From Capsulimonadaceae bacterium (GTDB lineage: Bacteria; Armatimonadota; Armatimonadia; Armatimonadales; Capsulimonadaceae), in assembly GCA_965215505.1 (NCBI GenBank), contig OZ244065.1, positions 1,856,001-1,920,000 of the forward strand: a stretch of 64,000 nt of DNA, read 5' to 3'. Shown here in pieces: positions 7,953-17,489 of the stretch. A program made the position numbers and the translations under genes. The notes beneath the pieces were generated by a model that saw nothing but the letters and a program-made list of their open reading frames with translations, was not told the origin of the DNA and made no database searches. The stretch's first letter is position 1, and the number at the start of each line of letters is the position of its first letter.

Positions 7953-10723
7953 ACAAACAGAGGCAGGGAAATCGGGGAGTCTGGCTGATCGGGCTGGCGC
8001 TGTTTCTCCTCGCGCCCATCGTGTCGAGGGCGCAAGGGGATGGCCGGCCAAAACCCCCGGCAACGCTGGGGTTGGAGCAGGGCGTGATGACCATTGACAC
8101 GCCCGATTTCGCCCTCACGCTGGTCAAGGCGTCTCAGACGGTCGCTTCGCTCCAGCCGAAAGTCGGTCAGCCGAAAGGCGGCGCGGGTTTCGACTTCACA
8201 CCCACCGACCGGCTGCCGATCCGGTCCGGGGACGGCTTCTACCATCTGGGGGACCTGACCTTCCGCGCCCGCGTCGGCGGCACCGGCCCCTGGAAAGACT
8301 ACTCCACGGCCGCCGCCCGCCGCCCGATCTTGGCGCTGCCCCCCGCCGCCGGGGAGCTGGCCGCCGCCGACCTCGCCGCGACCCTGCCGGCGGACTGCCC
8401 CCTGCATGTCACCCGCACCTGGGCGCTGGAGAACGGCCGACTCGCGCTGCGCTTTGCCCTCCGGAACACGTCGGCGGGGACGATCCAGATCGGCGCGCTC
8501 GGCATCCCGATGGTCTTCAACAACATCATCAGCGACCGCACCTTGGAACAGGCGCATGCGGCCTGTTCGTTCTCCGACCCCTACATCGGGCAGGACGCGG
8601 GCTACCTCCAGGTGACGCGCCTGAGCGGCCACGGGCCGACACTCGTCGTCGTCCCAGACGGGAAGACGCCGTTTGAGGCGTACCGGCTGCTGAATGAACC
8701 GATGCGCCCGAACCAGACATTCGAAGGCATGTTCGCCTGGATGGTCCACACCCAGGCTTATGCCGAGAACGAATGGAAGGGGGCGAACCAGTGGAACCCG
8801 CCGACGCAGGCCGCGCTCGCGCCGGGGCAGGCCCGCACCTACGGCGTCAGGTTCCTCGTTTCCGGCGAGATTCGCGGCATCGACAGAACGCTGGCCGCCG
8901 ATCACCGCCCCCTGGCGATCGGCATCCCCGGTTATGTCCTGCCGATGGATCAGACGGGCAAGCTGTTTCTCAGGTATGCCTCCAGAGTGGCCTCGGTGGC
9001 CGTCGAGCCGGCGGGCGCGATCCGGTTCAGCCCCGGCAAGCCCACCCCGAACGGCTGGAAGAGTTACGACCTGCACGGCAGGACCTGGGGCCGGGCCAGG
9101 GTGACCGTGACCTATGCAGACGGTCTGGTGCAGGCGATCAGCTATAACGTGATTAAGCCCGAGGCGCAGGCGGTGGCCGATCTCGGGCACTTCCTGACGA
9201 CCAAACAGTGGTTCGATGACCCGAACGACCCCTTCCACCGCGCGCCCTCCGTGATCAGCTACGACCGGGAGGCCGACCGGCAGGTGACGCAGGACAGCCG
9301 TGTCTGGATCGCGGGCCTGGGGGACGAGGGCGGGTCCGGCTCGTTCGTGGCCGCCGCCATGAAGGAGTTCGGCCGGCCCGATGCGGTCGAAGTCGCCAAA
9401 TACTCGCAGTTCGTGGACAAGGTGCTGTGGGGCGTGATCCAGTACAAGGACGGTCCGAACAAGTACGGCGTCCGCAAGAGCGTGTTCTTCCACGACCCGG
9501 CGAAACTGCCGGACTTCCCCTATGATCCGGCCCTGGACTGGCGTTCGTGGACGAGCTGGAACAAAGAGGCTTCGGAGGACATTGGACGCGGCTACAACTA
9601 TCCCCATGTCGTCGCCGCCTACTGGGCGATGTACCGTGTGGCCCGAAACCATCCCGGTATGGTCACGGCCCGCCCCTGGCAGTGGTATCTGGAGCAGGCC
9701 TATCAGACGACTCACTTCATGTTCAGCCGGGACGCCCACGGGGACCGCCGGGTCGGCTATGTCGAGCTTGGGCTGATGGAGGGGGACGTGTTCCTGGCGA
9801 TGCTCAAGGACTTGCAGAACGAAGGCTGGACGGCGAAGGCGGCCGACGTCACCGCGCTGATGAAGGAGCGCGCCGACCGCTGGAGCCACGAAGCTTACCC
9901 GTTCGGCAGCGAAATGGCCTGGGACTCGACCGGCCAGGAAGAGGTCTACGCCTGGTGCAAATACTTCGGTTTTGAGGACAAAGCGGAGGTCTCCCTCAAC
10001 TCCATCCTCGGCTACATGCCGACCCTGCCGCACTGGGGCTACAACGGCAACGCGCGCCGCTACTGGGATTTCTTGTACGGCGGTAAGCTGCCCCGGATCG
10101 AGCGCCAGATCCACCACTACGGCTCCGGCCTTAACGCCATCCCGGTGCTGTCGGAGTACCGTTCGCACCCCGACGACTATCTGCTGCGGGTCGGCTACGG
10201 CGGGGTTTTAGGCCCGCTGACCAACATCGACCAGGGGGGGTTCGCCTCCGTGGCCTTCCACTCGTTCCCCTCGACTCTCAAGTGGGACGCTTACTCGGGC
10301 GATTACGGCCCGAACTTCTTCGGGCATGCGATGAACACGGCGACGTATCTCATTGACCACCCCGAGTTCGGCTGGCAGGCTTACGGCGGCAATGTCCAGA
10401 CGGACGACGGCTGGGTGAAGGTGCAGCCGCGCGACTCGTTCCGCACCCGCGTTTACATCGCGCCGCGCGGCCTGTGGCTGACTCTGGATGCCGGCACCTT
10501 CGAGAGCGTTGAGGTAAGCCGCCGGAGTCATACAGTGCGGGTGAGCCTGGCCCCGGCCGCGGCCTATACGCCGCAGGCGCTCCTGCATTTGGAACAGCCC
10601 GCGAAGATCGCCGGAGTCAAGACCTATCATCCGGTCGGTCAGCCTCTCCCCCAGTCACGAGGCGCTTATGTCGTTGGTTTGAAAACCAACGCAGTCTGGG
10701 TGACTCTGAACGACACTCCCTGA
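7949..10723 (+). CDS. Secreted DUF5695 family protein (putative glycoside hydrolase)
   Basis: Signal peptide; GIPMVFNN, WIAGLGDEGG, YNYPHV, YPFGSEMAWDSTGQE, PHWGYNGNARRYWDF, ERQIHHYGSGLN. Confidence 0.85.
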   Translation: MNKQRQGNRGVWLIGLALFLLAPIVSRAQGDGRPKPPATLGLEQGVMTIDTPDFALTLVKASQTVASLQPKVGQPKGGAGFDFTPTDRLPIRSGDGFYHLGDLTFRARVGGTGPWKDYSTAAARRPILALPPAAGELAAADLAATLPADCPLHVTRTWALENGRLALRFALRNTSAGTIQIGALGIPMVFNNIISDRTLEQAHAACSFSDPYIGQDAGYLQVTRLSGHGPTLVVVPDGKTPFEAYRLLNEPMRPNQTFEGMFAWMVHTQAYAENEWKGANQWNPPTQAALAPGQARTYGVRFLVSGEIRGIDRTLAADHRPLAIGIPGYVLPMDQTGKLFLRYASRVASVAVEPAGAIRFSPGKPTPNGWKSYDLHGRTWGRARVTVTYADGLVQAISYNVIKPEAQAVADLGHFLTTKQWFDDPNDPFHRAPSVISYDREADRQVTQDSRVWIAGLGDEGGSGSFVAAAMKEFGRPDAVEVAKYSQFVDKVLWGVIQYKDGPNKYGVRKSVFFHDPAKLPDFPYDPALDWRSWTSWNKEASEDIGRGYNYPHVVAAYWAMYRVARNHPGMVTARPWQWYLEQAYQTTHFMFSRDAHGDRRVGYVELGLMEGDVFLAMLKDLQNEGWTAKAADVTALMKERADRWSHEAYPFGSEMAWDSTGQEEVYAWCKYFGFEDKAEVSLNSILGYMPTLPHWGYNGNARRYWDFLYGGKLPRIERQIHHYGSGLNAIPVLSEYRSHPDDYLLRVGYGGVLGPLTNIDQGGFASVAFHSFPSTLKWDAYSGDYGPNFFGHAMNTATYLIDHPEFGWQAYGGNVQTDDGWVKVQPRDSFRTRVYIAPRGLWLTLDAGTFESVEVSRRSHTVRVSLAPAAAYTPQALLHLEQPAKIAGVKTYHPVGQPLPQSRGAYVVGLKTNAVWVTLNDTP

Positions 10724-11308
10724 GCGGAGCCGTCCCCGCCCGTAACCCGTTTCAGAATCGTCCGCTCTTGATACTCTTCTGACGTGTTTTGTTGAGCGGC
10801 TTCGTTCTTCGGGTACTGCCGGCCGGACTCGTCGAGGTCAAGCAAGGAACATTCCGGTTCTCCCGTCTCGTGAGCGGCCCCTAAAAGGGCCGCCCGCGAG
10901 AACACCCCCAACTGCGGGTCGGGAGGCTGGAGCGACAGGAGACACTCGGAGGGCCACGGCAGGCCCCGGAAGGTGCGCCGCCCGTGGTCAATCGTCCCGC
11001 CGGCCACCGAGCGGGCCGCATGTCGAATGCCCGCCTGTGCGGGCGGAAGAACCCGTGCCGACCGGCTCTCCCCCTCCACTTGGGGAGCGGAGCTACCTCC
11101 GGTAGCGCGTCTCTCTAGTTCGCCTCGCAAGCGGCAGGGCACTTTTTTGTCCTCGGATTTTGCCGTCAGAAGCGGCGGGCCAGGGCCTCGGCGCGCGGGC
11201 GCAGGGCGGCCTGGCATTCTGCTTCAAGTACCGGAGGCGGATCGCCCACGGCGCAGCCCTCACGTCCTTCAGCCCATTGCTCGGGCTTCCCGCTCTGATA
11301 TGGACCTC

Positions 11309-12235
11309 CTAAATCCCTGCCAGCAGCGATCTTGACATCTTGCAGACCACCGTGTAGGCGGGGTCGAACACGTTCGCGACCTCGTATTCCACGCACTGCC
11401 CCAGCAGCGTATGCGCCCCCACCCAGTCCAGCCCGTAATCCTCCTGGAGCCAGCGGGCCATCTCGCTGGTCGCGTGCTGCAACGCCTGGTCCAGAGGGCG
11501 CGCGTTCCCCGCCGTCAGGAGGTGCGTCTCGGTCTCGGCGCGGGGCCACCCGATCGTCTTCCCCTTGATGACCGCGAGCGTGAACCGGACGTCGAACGAG
11601 ATCTCGATGCCGGTCCCACAGACCTCCCCGCACCCTTGCAGGGCGTGGCCGTCGCCCAGAAAGAACAAAGCGCCGGGGACGGCGACGGGGAAGAAGACCG
11701 TCACGCCCTCCACGAAGCCCTTGTAGTCCATGTTGCCGCCGTGGGTGGACGAAGTCGCCGTGGAGACCGCCTCCCCGCCCGGCGGGGCGACCCCGAAGCA
11801 GCCCACCATCGGGCGGACGGGGAGACTAAGGCGGCCCAGCCTCGTTTCGGGCGCGGTGAGGGTGGCCGTGCCCACCTCCATGTCCACGTCCCACTCGCCG
11901 CTGCCCTCGGCAAAGCCGGGCGGGGGCGGCAGCCGGGCCACGTCGGCGGGGTCCATGACATTCGAGGCGAGCTGGATGCCGCTCCAGCCGAAGCGGCGGT
12001 TGGGGCGCAGATGGTCCAGGCGGACGGCGAGCGTATCGCCCGGCTCCGCGCCTTCCACGAAGAAGGGGCCGGTCATGGGGTTGACGCCGGTGTGGCGGCG
12101 CTGGCGAGCGGCGTCGAAGCCGCGCGCGTCCACGGTGGTCGTCTCGACGGCGTCGCCGCCGGCGACGTGCAGCACGGGCGGATGGGTGCCGAGGGTGCTG
12201 AAGTAGTGGTCGGGCGTGAACAGGTGCGTGGTCAT
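11309..12235 (-). CDS. Acetamidase/formamidase family protein
   Basis: NPMTGPFFVEGAEPGD, HGGNMD, GDGHALQGCGEVCGTGIE. Confidence 0.88.
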   Translation of the reverse strand: MTTHLFTPDHYFSTLGTHPPVLHVAGGDAVETTTVDARGFDAARQRRHTGVNPMTGPFFVEGAEPGDTLAVRLDHLRPNRRFGWSGIQLASNVMDPADVARLPPPPGFAEGSGEWDVDMEVGTATLTAPETRLGRLSLPVRPMVGCFGVAPPGGEAVSTATSSTHGGNMDYKGFVEGVTVFFPVAVPGALFFLGDGHALQGCGEVCGTGIEISFDVRFTLAVIKGKTIGWPRAETETHLLTAGNARPLDQALQHATSEMARWLQEDYGLDWVGAHTLLGQCVEYEVANVFDPAYTVVCKMSRSLLAGI

Positions 12236-12287
12236 GCGTCCTCGTCCTTCTCCGTCGGGATCGTCTGTCAGGGGCTTGTCCCGGCTG

Positions 12288-13121
12288 CTATTTGCTTCCC
12301 GCCGCGATCTCGGCGTCCACGACGGCCTGCCCTTCGGAGTGCAGCAGACCGTAGACCTGGGCGCGGATCTGGAAGAACTCGGGCGTCGTCCGCAGGGCGG
12401 CGTCGCGGTCCGGCCCGAACGGCACGGTGATCTCGGCTTTCAGCCGTCCGGGCCGGGCCGTCATCACGAAGATGCGGTCGCTGAGGAAGACGGCCTCGTC
12501 AATGTCGTGGGTGATGAAGAGCGTCGTCGTGCGCTCGGCCCGGCGGATGTCCAGGAGAAGCTCCTGCATGACCGTCCGCGTCTGGGCGTCTAAAGCGCCG
12601 AACGGCTCATCCATCAGGAGGATGCGCGGGGAATTGGCGAGGGCGCGGGCGATGGCGACGCGCTGGCGCATCCCGCCGGAAAGCTGCTTGGGGTAGTGGT
12701 CGCGGAACCCGTGCAGGCCCACGGCGTCCAGGAAGTGGTCGGCCAATCGCTCGCGCTCGGCCCGCTTGACGCCGCGCTGCTTGGGGCCGAACTGGACGTT
12801 CCCGCGCACGGTCAGCCAGGGGAACAGGGTGTAGGCCTGGAAGACCATGCCGCGCTCGGCACCCGGCCCGAACACCTCCTTGCCGTCGAGCAGCACCCGG
12901 CCCCCGGTCGGCGTCGTCAGGCCGCCGACGATGTGCAGCAGGGTTGACTTGCCGCAGCCGGACGGGCCGACGATGCTGACCAATTCGCTGACGCCGATCG
13001 TCAGTGAGGTCGGCTCTAAAACCGTCAGAAGGCCGTCCTTGGTCGGGTAGTCTTTGGACAGCCCTTCCAGGCGCAGGATCGGGTCCGGCAGAAAATCCGG
13101 CATCAGCCCCTCTGCCATCAA
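12288..13121 (-). CDS. ABC transporter ATP-binding protein, NitT/TauT family
   Basis: GPSGCGKST, LSGGMRQR, LLMDEPFGALD. Confidence 0.95.
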   Translation of the reverse strand: MMAEGLMPDFLPDPILRLEGLSKDYPTKDGLLTVLEPTSLTIGVSELVSIVGPSGCGKSTLLHIVGGLTTPTGGRVLLDGKEVFGPGAERGMVFQAYTLFPWLTVRGNVQFGPKQRGVKRAERERLADHFLDAVGLHGFRDHYPKQLSGGMRQRVAIARALANSPRILLMDEPFGALDAQTRTVMQELLLDIRRAERTTTLFITHDIDEAVFLSDRIFVMTARPGRLKAEITVPFGPDRDAALRTTPEFFQIRAQVYGLLHSEGQAVVDAEIAAGSK

Positions 13122-13975
13122 CCCCTCTGCGCTTCCGCCCAGGGCAGCAGGCGCGGCTGGGCGATCTTGAACACCATGTCGGTCGCAAGACCCAGCAGGC
13201 CGAGGATGAAGATGCCGACGAAGATCTCGTCGGCCCGCGAGAACCGCTGCGCCTTCATGATCGAGTACCCGAGGCCGGAAGAGGTCGCGACGACCTCGGC
13301 GATGACGAGGTACGTCCAGGCCCAGCCGATCATCGTCCGGCAGGTGTCCAGGATGCCCGGCAGGGTGGCAGGCAGGAGGACGTTGAAGAGGACCTGCGTC
13401 CGGCTCGAACCCAGTGTCCGGGCGGCGTTGAGCAGGTCTTTGGGCACCTGCCGGGTGACGTCGGCCACGACCAGCACCATTTGGAAATAGGTGCCGAGGA
13501 AGATCAGCAGGATCTTCGCCGGCTCGTCAATCCCCGCGACCACCATCACGAGTGGAATCAGGGCCGGGACGGGGACGTAGCGGACGAAGCCGACGAACGG
13601 CTCGTGGGCCGCCTCGGCGCACTTGTAGGCACCCATCAGGATGCCCAAGGGGACGGCAAGGACGGCGGAGAGCAGGAAGCCGATGCCGATGCGCGTCACG
13701 CTGATCTTGATGTCCGGCAGGAGATCACCACTCTGGTACATCTCGACGGCGGCCTGGAACATGTGTGTCGGGGTGGGCAGGATGAGCGCGTTCGCCCGGC
13801 CCGAGTAGGTCAGGACGCACCACAGGATGACCGGGACGAGGAACGAGGCGGCGGCGATGGCGAGGTACGCGCCGCGCGGGATGTCCTCACCGAGCTGGAA
13901 CAGGCCCGGCCCGCGCCGCCGAATGGGCGGTGCGGGCTGGGTTTCTTCTCGTCGTAACTGCTGGGCGGTCGCCAT
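13118..13975 (-). CDS. ABC transporter permease, NitT/TauT family
   Basis: Several TM helices; RYVP, AARTLG EAA-like loop, AWTYLVIAE..SSGLG. Confidence 0.92.
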   Translation of the reverse strand: MATAQQLRREETQPAPPIRRRGPGLFQLGEDIPRGAYLAIAAASFLVPVILWCVLTYSGRANALILPTPTHMFQAAVEMYQSGDLLPDIKISVTRIGIGFLLSAVLAVPLGILMGAYKCAEAAHEPFVGFVRYVPVPALIPLVMVVAGIDEPAKILLIFLGTYFQMVLVVADVTRQVPKDLLNAARTLGSSRTQVLFNVLLPATLPGILDTCRTMIGWAWTYLVIAEVVATSSGLGYSIMKAQRFSRADEIFVGIFILGLLGLATDMVFKIAQPRLLPWAEAQRG

Positions 13976-13988
13976 TTAAACCACCTCC

Positions 13989-15098
13989 CTAGTCCACCTT
14001 GAGCGTGTAGTCGTAGGGCGGCTTCTTGCCCTCGCCCTTCTTGACGGCGGCGTTGATAAAGGTCGGGTCAATGGCCGAGGCGTAGTCGGGCAGCTTGGGG
14101 ATCTGCTTCTGGGCCAGCAGGAACTGCGTGATTGAGGGGCCGCTGCTGAACAGCGAGGTCGGCTTGGCGCTCTGGGTGAAAGCCGCCTGCGCTTCGGGGC
14201 CGCTGAAGATGCGTGTCCCCTTGATGAAGCTCTGGTAGAAGGCGATCTGCTGGGCGGGCGTGCCGGGGTCCTTGGCAGTCTCGGCCATGATCTTGACGGC
14301 GTCGTCGGGGTGCGCGCGCCACCAGTCCAGCGAGTCGTACCAGGCGTCCACGATGCCCTGGACGTCCTGCGGGCGGGCGGTGATGACCTTGCCCTGGAAG
14401 ACCAGCAGGTCAGGGATCTGGCCGGGCAGGGAGCGGCTGTCGAAGATCACATGGGAGCCGGGCAGCTTCGCCAGGAGCTGGCTCTTGTTCGGCTCCCACA
14501 CCGCGACCGCGTCCACCTGCTTTGAGATCATCGCGCCGGGGCAGTCCTGGACCTTGATGGGGACATAGGTGATGTCCTTCTCGGTCATGCCATTGGCGGC
14601 CAGCGCCTTGTCGAGCAGGAACTGCTCCACCGTCCCCAACTCGGTCGCGACCTTTTTGCCCTTCAAGTCCTCCATGGAGTGGACGCCCGGCCCGGCGACC
14701 ACGGCGTCATTGCCCGCCGAGTTGTCGTTGATCAGGACGGCCTTAGCGGATTGCCCCTGGGCGAGCGGCCCCATGGTGTCGCTCCAGGTCTGACAGTTGG
14801 CGTCCACCTGGTTGGCGGCGAAGGCGTTCAGCGAGTCGGTGTAGTTGGGGAACCAGACCAGCTTGACGTTGACGTTGTGCTTCTTGAAAAAGCCCTGCTT
14901 GTCGGCGATGGCCCAGGCCGTCCAGCCCGGCCAGTCCGAATAGCCGATGGTGATCGCCCCGCCCGCGTCCGCCGCCGCGCCGGGCGTGGAAGAGGCCGTC
15001 GGGGAGGCGGGCGCGGAGGCGTTCTGCTTGGGACCACAGCCGGTAAGCGCCAGGGCAGCCAGTGCGGAACCGGCAAGAAGACAACGGGGAAAACGCAT
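13989..15098 (-). CDS. ABC transporter substrate-binding lipoprotein (SsuA/NMT1-like; type seen in urea-carboxylase loci)
   Basis: Lipobox LTGC; GYSDWPGW, NDNSAGND, WEP, IPDLL; SD AAGGAG. Confidence 0.88.
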   Translation of the reverse strand: MRFPRCLLAGSALAALALTGCGPKQNASAPASPTASSTPGAAADAGGAITIGYSDWPGWTAWAIADKQGFFKKHNVNVKLVWFPNYTDSLNAFAANQVDANCQTWSDTMGPLAQGQSAKAVLINDNSAGNDAVVAGPGVHSMEDLKGKKVATELGTVEQFLLDKALAANGMTEKDITYVPIKVQDCPGAMISKQVDAVAVWEPNKSQLLAKLPGSHVIFDSRSLPGQIPDLLVFQGKVITARPQDVQGIVDAWYDSLDWWRAHPDDAVKIMAETAKDPGTPAQQIAFYQSFIKGTRIFSGPEAQAAFTQSAKPTSLFSSGPSITQFLLAQKQIPKLPDYASAIDPTFINAAVKKGEGKKPPYDYTLKVD

Positions 15099-15223
15099 GA
15101 GAACGCTCCTTTTCTAAGTCGCAGGGCGGAACGCCGTGCCGGAATGGAAAAGAGCGCCATGCTCTGGGGGGCCGCATCGCTGAGGCCGGGGAAGCAGAGG
15201 TGTCTCGTCGTCGAGGCAGTGTG

Positions 15224-15252
15224 AGTATACAGGCTTTAGGAGGGATTGTCAA
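15224..15252 (-). promoter_or_regulatory. Sigma70-type promoter of the ABC/amidase operon
   Basis: TTGACA-17bp-TATACT on the minus strand. Confidence 0.8.
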
Positions 15253-15278
15253 GCCTCCGTAAACTTTCTGGCCGCTCT

Positions 15279-15325
15279 GTGACGTGATTCGGTCACTTCG
15301 GTGCTATAATGACGAAAAGCGTCAT
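15279..15325. promoter_or_regulatory. Paired operator sites overlapping the extended -10 (TGcTATAAT) of the Lrp/AsnC gene
   Basis: ATGACG-AAAAG-CGTCAT at 15309-15325 and weaker GTGACG.. site starting 30 bp earlier at 15279. Confidence 0.65.
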
Positions 15326-15342
15326 CAATCAGGGGAAATGGC

Positions 15343-15843
15343 ATGGCAAGCGTCACGGGCGAAGACACGTCGGGGGAGACGGCGATCCGGCTAGACACGC
15401 TGGATCACAAGATCATTGCCGTATTGCAGGAAAATGCGCGTCTGACTAATGCCGAGGTCGCAGGGCAGGTCGGCAGCACCGAACCGACGGTGCGACGCCG
15501 CGTGGACCGGCTTTTGGAGAACCAGGTCATCAAGATCGTCGCGGTCGCGCCGCCATTCCCGCTGGGCTATCATGTCGTCGCCATCCTCGGCATCCAGATC
15601 GACCACAGCCGGTTGGACGAGATCCAGGAGGCTCTGCTGGCGATGCCCGAGATCCGGTTCGCCGGCGTCACGTTGGGCAGTTACGATGTGGTCACGGAAG
15701 TCTGGTTCCACAGCAACAGTGAACTGCTGGCGTTCCTGCATGAACGCTTGAGCAAGATCCCCGGCATCCAGCGCATCGAGTCGCTTCAAGTGGTGAAGAT
15801 GATCAAGTACGCCTACGACTGGGGAGTGCAGCCCTCGGCTTGA
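15343..15843 (+). CDS. Lrp/AsnC family transcriptional regulator
   Basis: LDTLDHKIIAVLQENARLTNAEVA...TVRRRVDRL HTH; GSYD motif; IPGIQRIES. Confidence 0.93.
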   Translation: MASVTGEDTSGETAIRLDTLDHKIIAVLQENARLTNAEVAGQVGSTEPTVRRRVDRLLENQVIKIVAVAPPFPLGYHVVAILGIQIDHSRLDEIQEALLAMPEIRFAGVTLGSYDVVTEVWFHSNSELLAFLHERLSKIPGIQRIESLQVVKMIKYAYDWGVQPSA

Positions 15844-15871
15844 AGCGTTCAGCGCCATACCTGAGCCGATT

Positions 15872-15918
15872 ATGACGCTTTTCGTCAATCAAGGCCGCGA
15901 TGGTATGGTTTTCGTCAT
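15872..15918. promoter_or_regulatory. Paired operator sites upstream of the cgdAB-uca-atzF promoter
   Basis: ATGACG-CTTTT-CGTCAA at 15872-15888 and GGTATG-GTTTT-CGTCAT at 15902-15918, 30 bp apart. Confidence 0.65.
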
Positions 15919-15945
15919 ACACGGGCGCTCTAGGCAAATCGAGAC

Positions 15946-15974
15946 TTGACAACGCCCCGGCCCGTCAGTATACT
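15946..15974 (+). promoter_or_regulatory. Sigma70-type promoter of the carboxylase operon
   Basis: TTGACA-17bp-TATACT. Confidence 0.8.
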
Positions 15975-16119
15975 GTCATCGGCTCTACGACGAGCCTCGG
16001 CATCCGCGTCGGCATCGTCGCCCCCGCTTTTCCTATCCCGACTGTTCCCAGACGAATTCCGAGACGAGTGAATGAATTTACTCGTCCTGTTCACCTGACT
16101 CCCGTTGAGGAAAACCCGC

Positions 16120-16833
16120 GTGGCAGACGACGTCCTGGTCGAAGAAACCTTACAGCCGGGCGCGGCCTGGTCGCACATCCTAAAGCGCGGCACGGCCCTC
16201 CGCCTGACCGATGTTGAGGGCGGGGCGAACGTCGGCGCGATCTTTTACAACGCTGACTGCTCCGTCGAACGGCTCAATATCCCGGACACGCTGAAGGCCC
16301 AGCACGTCGCAAGGCTGACACAAGGCCTGGTTCTGTACTCGGACATGGGCCGCATCCTCTGCTCGCTCACTGCCGACAGCGCGGGCTGGCATGACGCGCT
16401 GGGTGGGTGCATGGACGCAGCCGCCGTCGAGGCCAAGTACGGCGAGGCGCGCTACCAGGAGTGCCGCAACGACTTCCATCGGAACGCCCGCGACGGTTTC
16501 CTGATAGAACTCGAAAAGCACGGCTTGGGGCCGCGCGACCTGTCCCCCAACATGAACTTCTTCAGCAAAGTCGCCGTGGGCGATGACGGGGCGATGGCCT
16601 ACACACAGGGGCATTCAAAGCCGGGCGGCTTCGTAGAGCTGCGGGCCGAGATGAACGTCCTCCTCATCCTTAACTCGTGCCCCCACCCGCTCGACCCCAG
16701 CCCGCGCTACGCCCCGAAGCTGGTGCGCCTGTCCGTGCGGCGCGTCCCGCCGCCCGCCGCCGATGATGCCTGCCGCGTCTCGCGCCCCGAGAACGGGCGC
16801 GGCTTTGCCCTGACGGAGAGGTACTTCCTATGA
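16120..16833 (+). CDS. cgdA: Urea amidolyase-associated protein UAAP1 (carboxyguanidine deiminase subunit, DUF1989)
   Basis: [50 protein letters not shown] 16120 after GAGG. Confidence 0.88.
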   Translation: MADDVLVEETLQPGAAWSHILKRGTALRLTDVEGGANVGAIFYNADCSVERLNIPDTLKAQHVARLTQGLVLYSDMGRILCSLTADSAGWHDALGGCMDAAAVEAKYGEARYQECRNDFHRNARDGFLIELEKHGLGPRDLSPNMNFFSKVAVGDDGAMAYTQGHSKPGGFVELRAEMNVLLILNSCPHPLDPSPRYAPKLVRLSVRRVPPPAADDACRVSRPENGRGFALTERYFL

Positions 16834-17489
16834 GCGGCTTCATTCTGACGCACAGCGCGCTCGACCCCGCCGACGCGGCCTACAGCGCGGTCATCCCGGC
16901 AGGCGAGTCGTGGATTTATCCCATCACAAGGGGCCAGACGTTTCGCATTGTGGACCTGGAAGGCAACCAGGCCGTGGACACGCTCTTTTATGATGCCGCC
17001 GACCATGCGGACCGCTACGACTTCCAGAACACGATCCGCGCACAGGGCAACATCTATCTGACGACCGGGTCGCGCCTGATGTCAAGCAAGGGGAACGTCC
17101 TGCTGACCATCGTCGCCGACACCTGCGGGCGGCATGATACATTGGGCGGGGCGTGCGCGACCGAGAGCAACCAGGTCCGCTATGCCTTGGACAAAGGCCA
17201 CATGCACGCCTGCCGCCAGAGCTTCCTGTCGGCGCTGCTGAGGTATGACAATGGCCTGGGGAAGCGGGACATCCCCAATAATATTAACTTCTTCATGAAC
17301 GTCCCGGTCACGCCCGAGGGCGGGCTGACGTTCGAGGACGGCATCTCGGAGGCCGGGAAGTACGTCGAGATGCGCGCCGAACGGGACGTGCTTGGTCTGA
17401 TCAGCAACTGCCCACAGCTTAACAACCCGTGCAACGCCTACAACCCGACGCCGGTTCAGGTTTTGATCTGGGACGCCCATGTTTCGTAA
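16830..17489 (+). CDS. cgdB: Urea amidolyase-associated protein UAAP2 (carboxyguanidine deiminase subunit, DUF1989)
   Basis: [48 protein letters not shown]. Confidence 0.9.
   Translation: MSGFILTHSALDPADAAYSAVIPAGESWIYPITRGQTFRIVDLEGNQAVDTLFYDAADHADRYDFQNTIRAQGNIYLTTGSRLMSSKGNVLLTIVADTCGRHDTLGGACATESNQVRYALDKGHMHACRQSFLSALLRYDNGLGKRDIPNNINFFMNVPVTPEGGLTFEDGISEAGKYVEMRAERDVLGLISNCPQLNNPCNAYNPTPVQVLIWDAHVS

Noticed and set aside
1823-10168. Long antisense ORFs (e.g. 1823-3637, 3526-4653, 7484-10168; likewise 26451-28190 and 44247-46169)
   Set aside because: Shadow frames of well-supported genes in high-GC DNA, with no recognisable motifs
10724-11308. Gene or ncRNA in the 580-bp intergenic region
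   Set aside because: Only weak hairpins and motif-less ORFs; nothing I can support
15975-16119. Canonical guanidine-I (ykkC) or complete guanidine-II riboswitch upstream of cgdA
   Set aside because: No CTAGGGTTCCG or AAAGCCCGGG-type ykkC motifs, and only one imperfect ACGA hairpin
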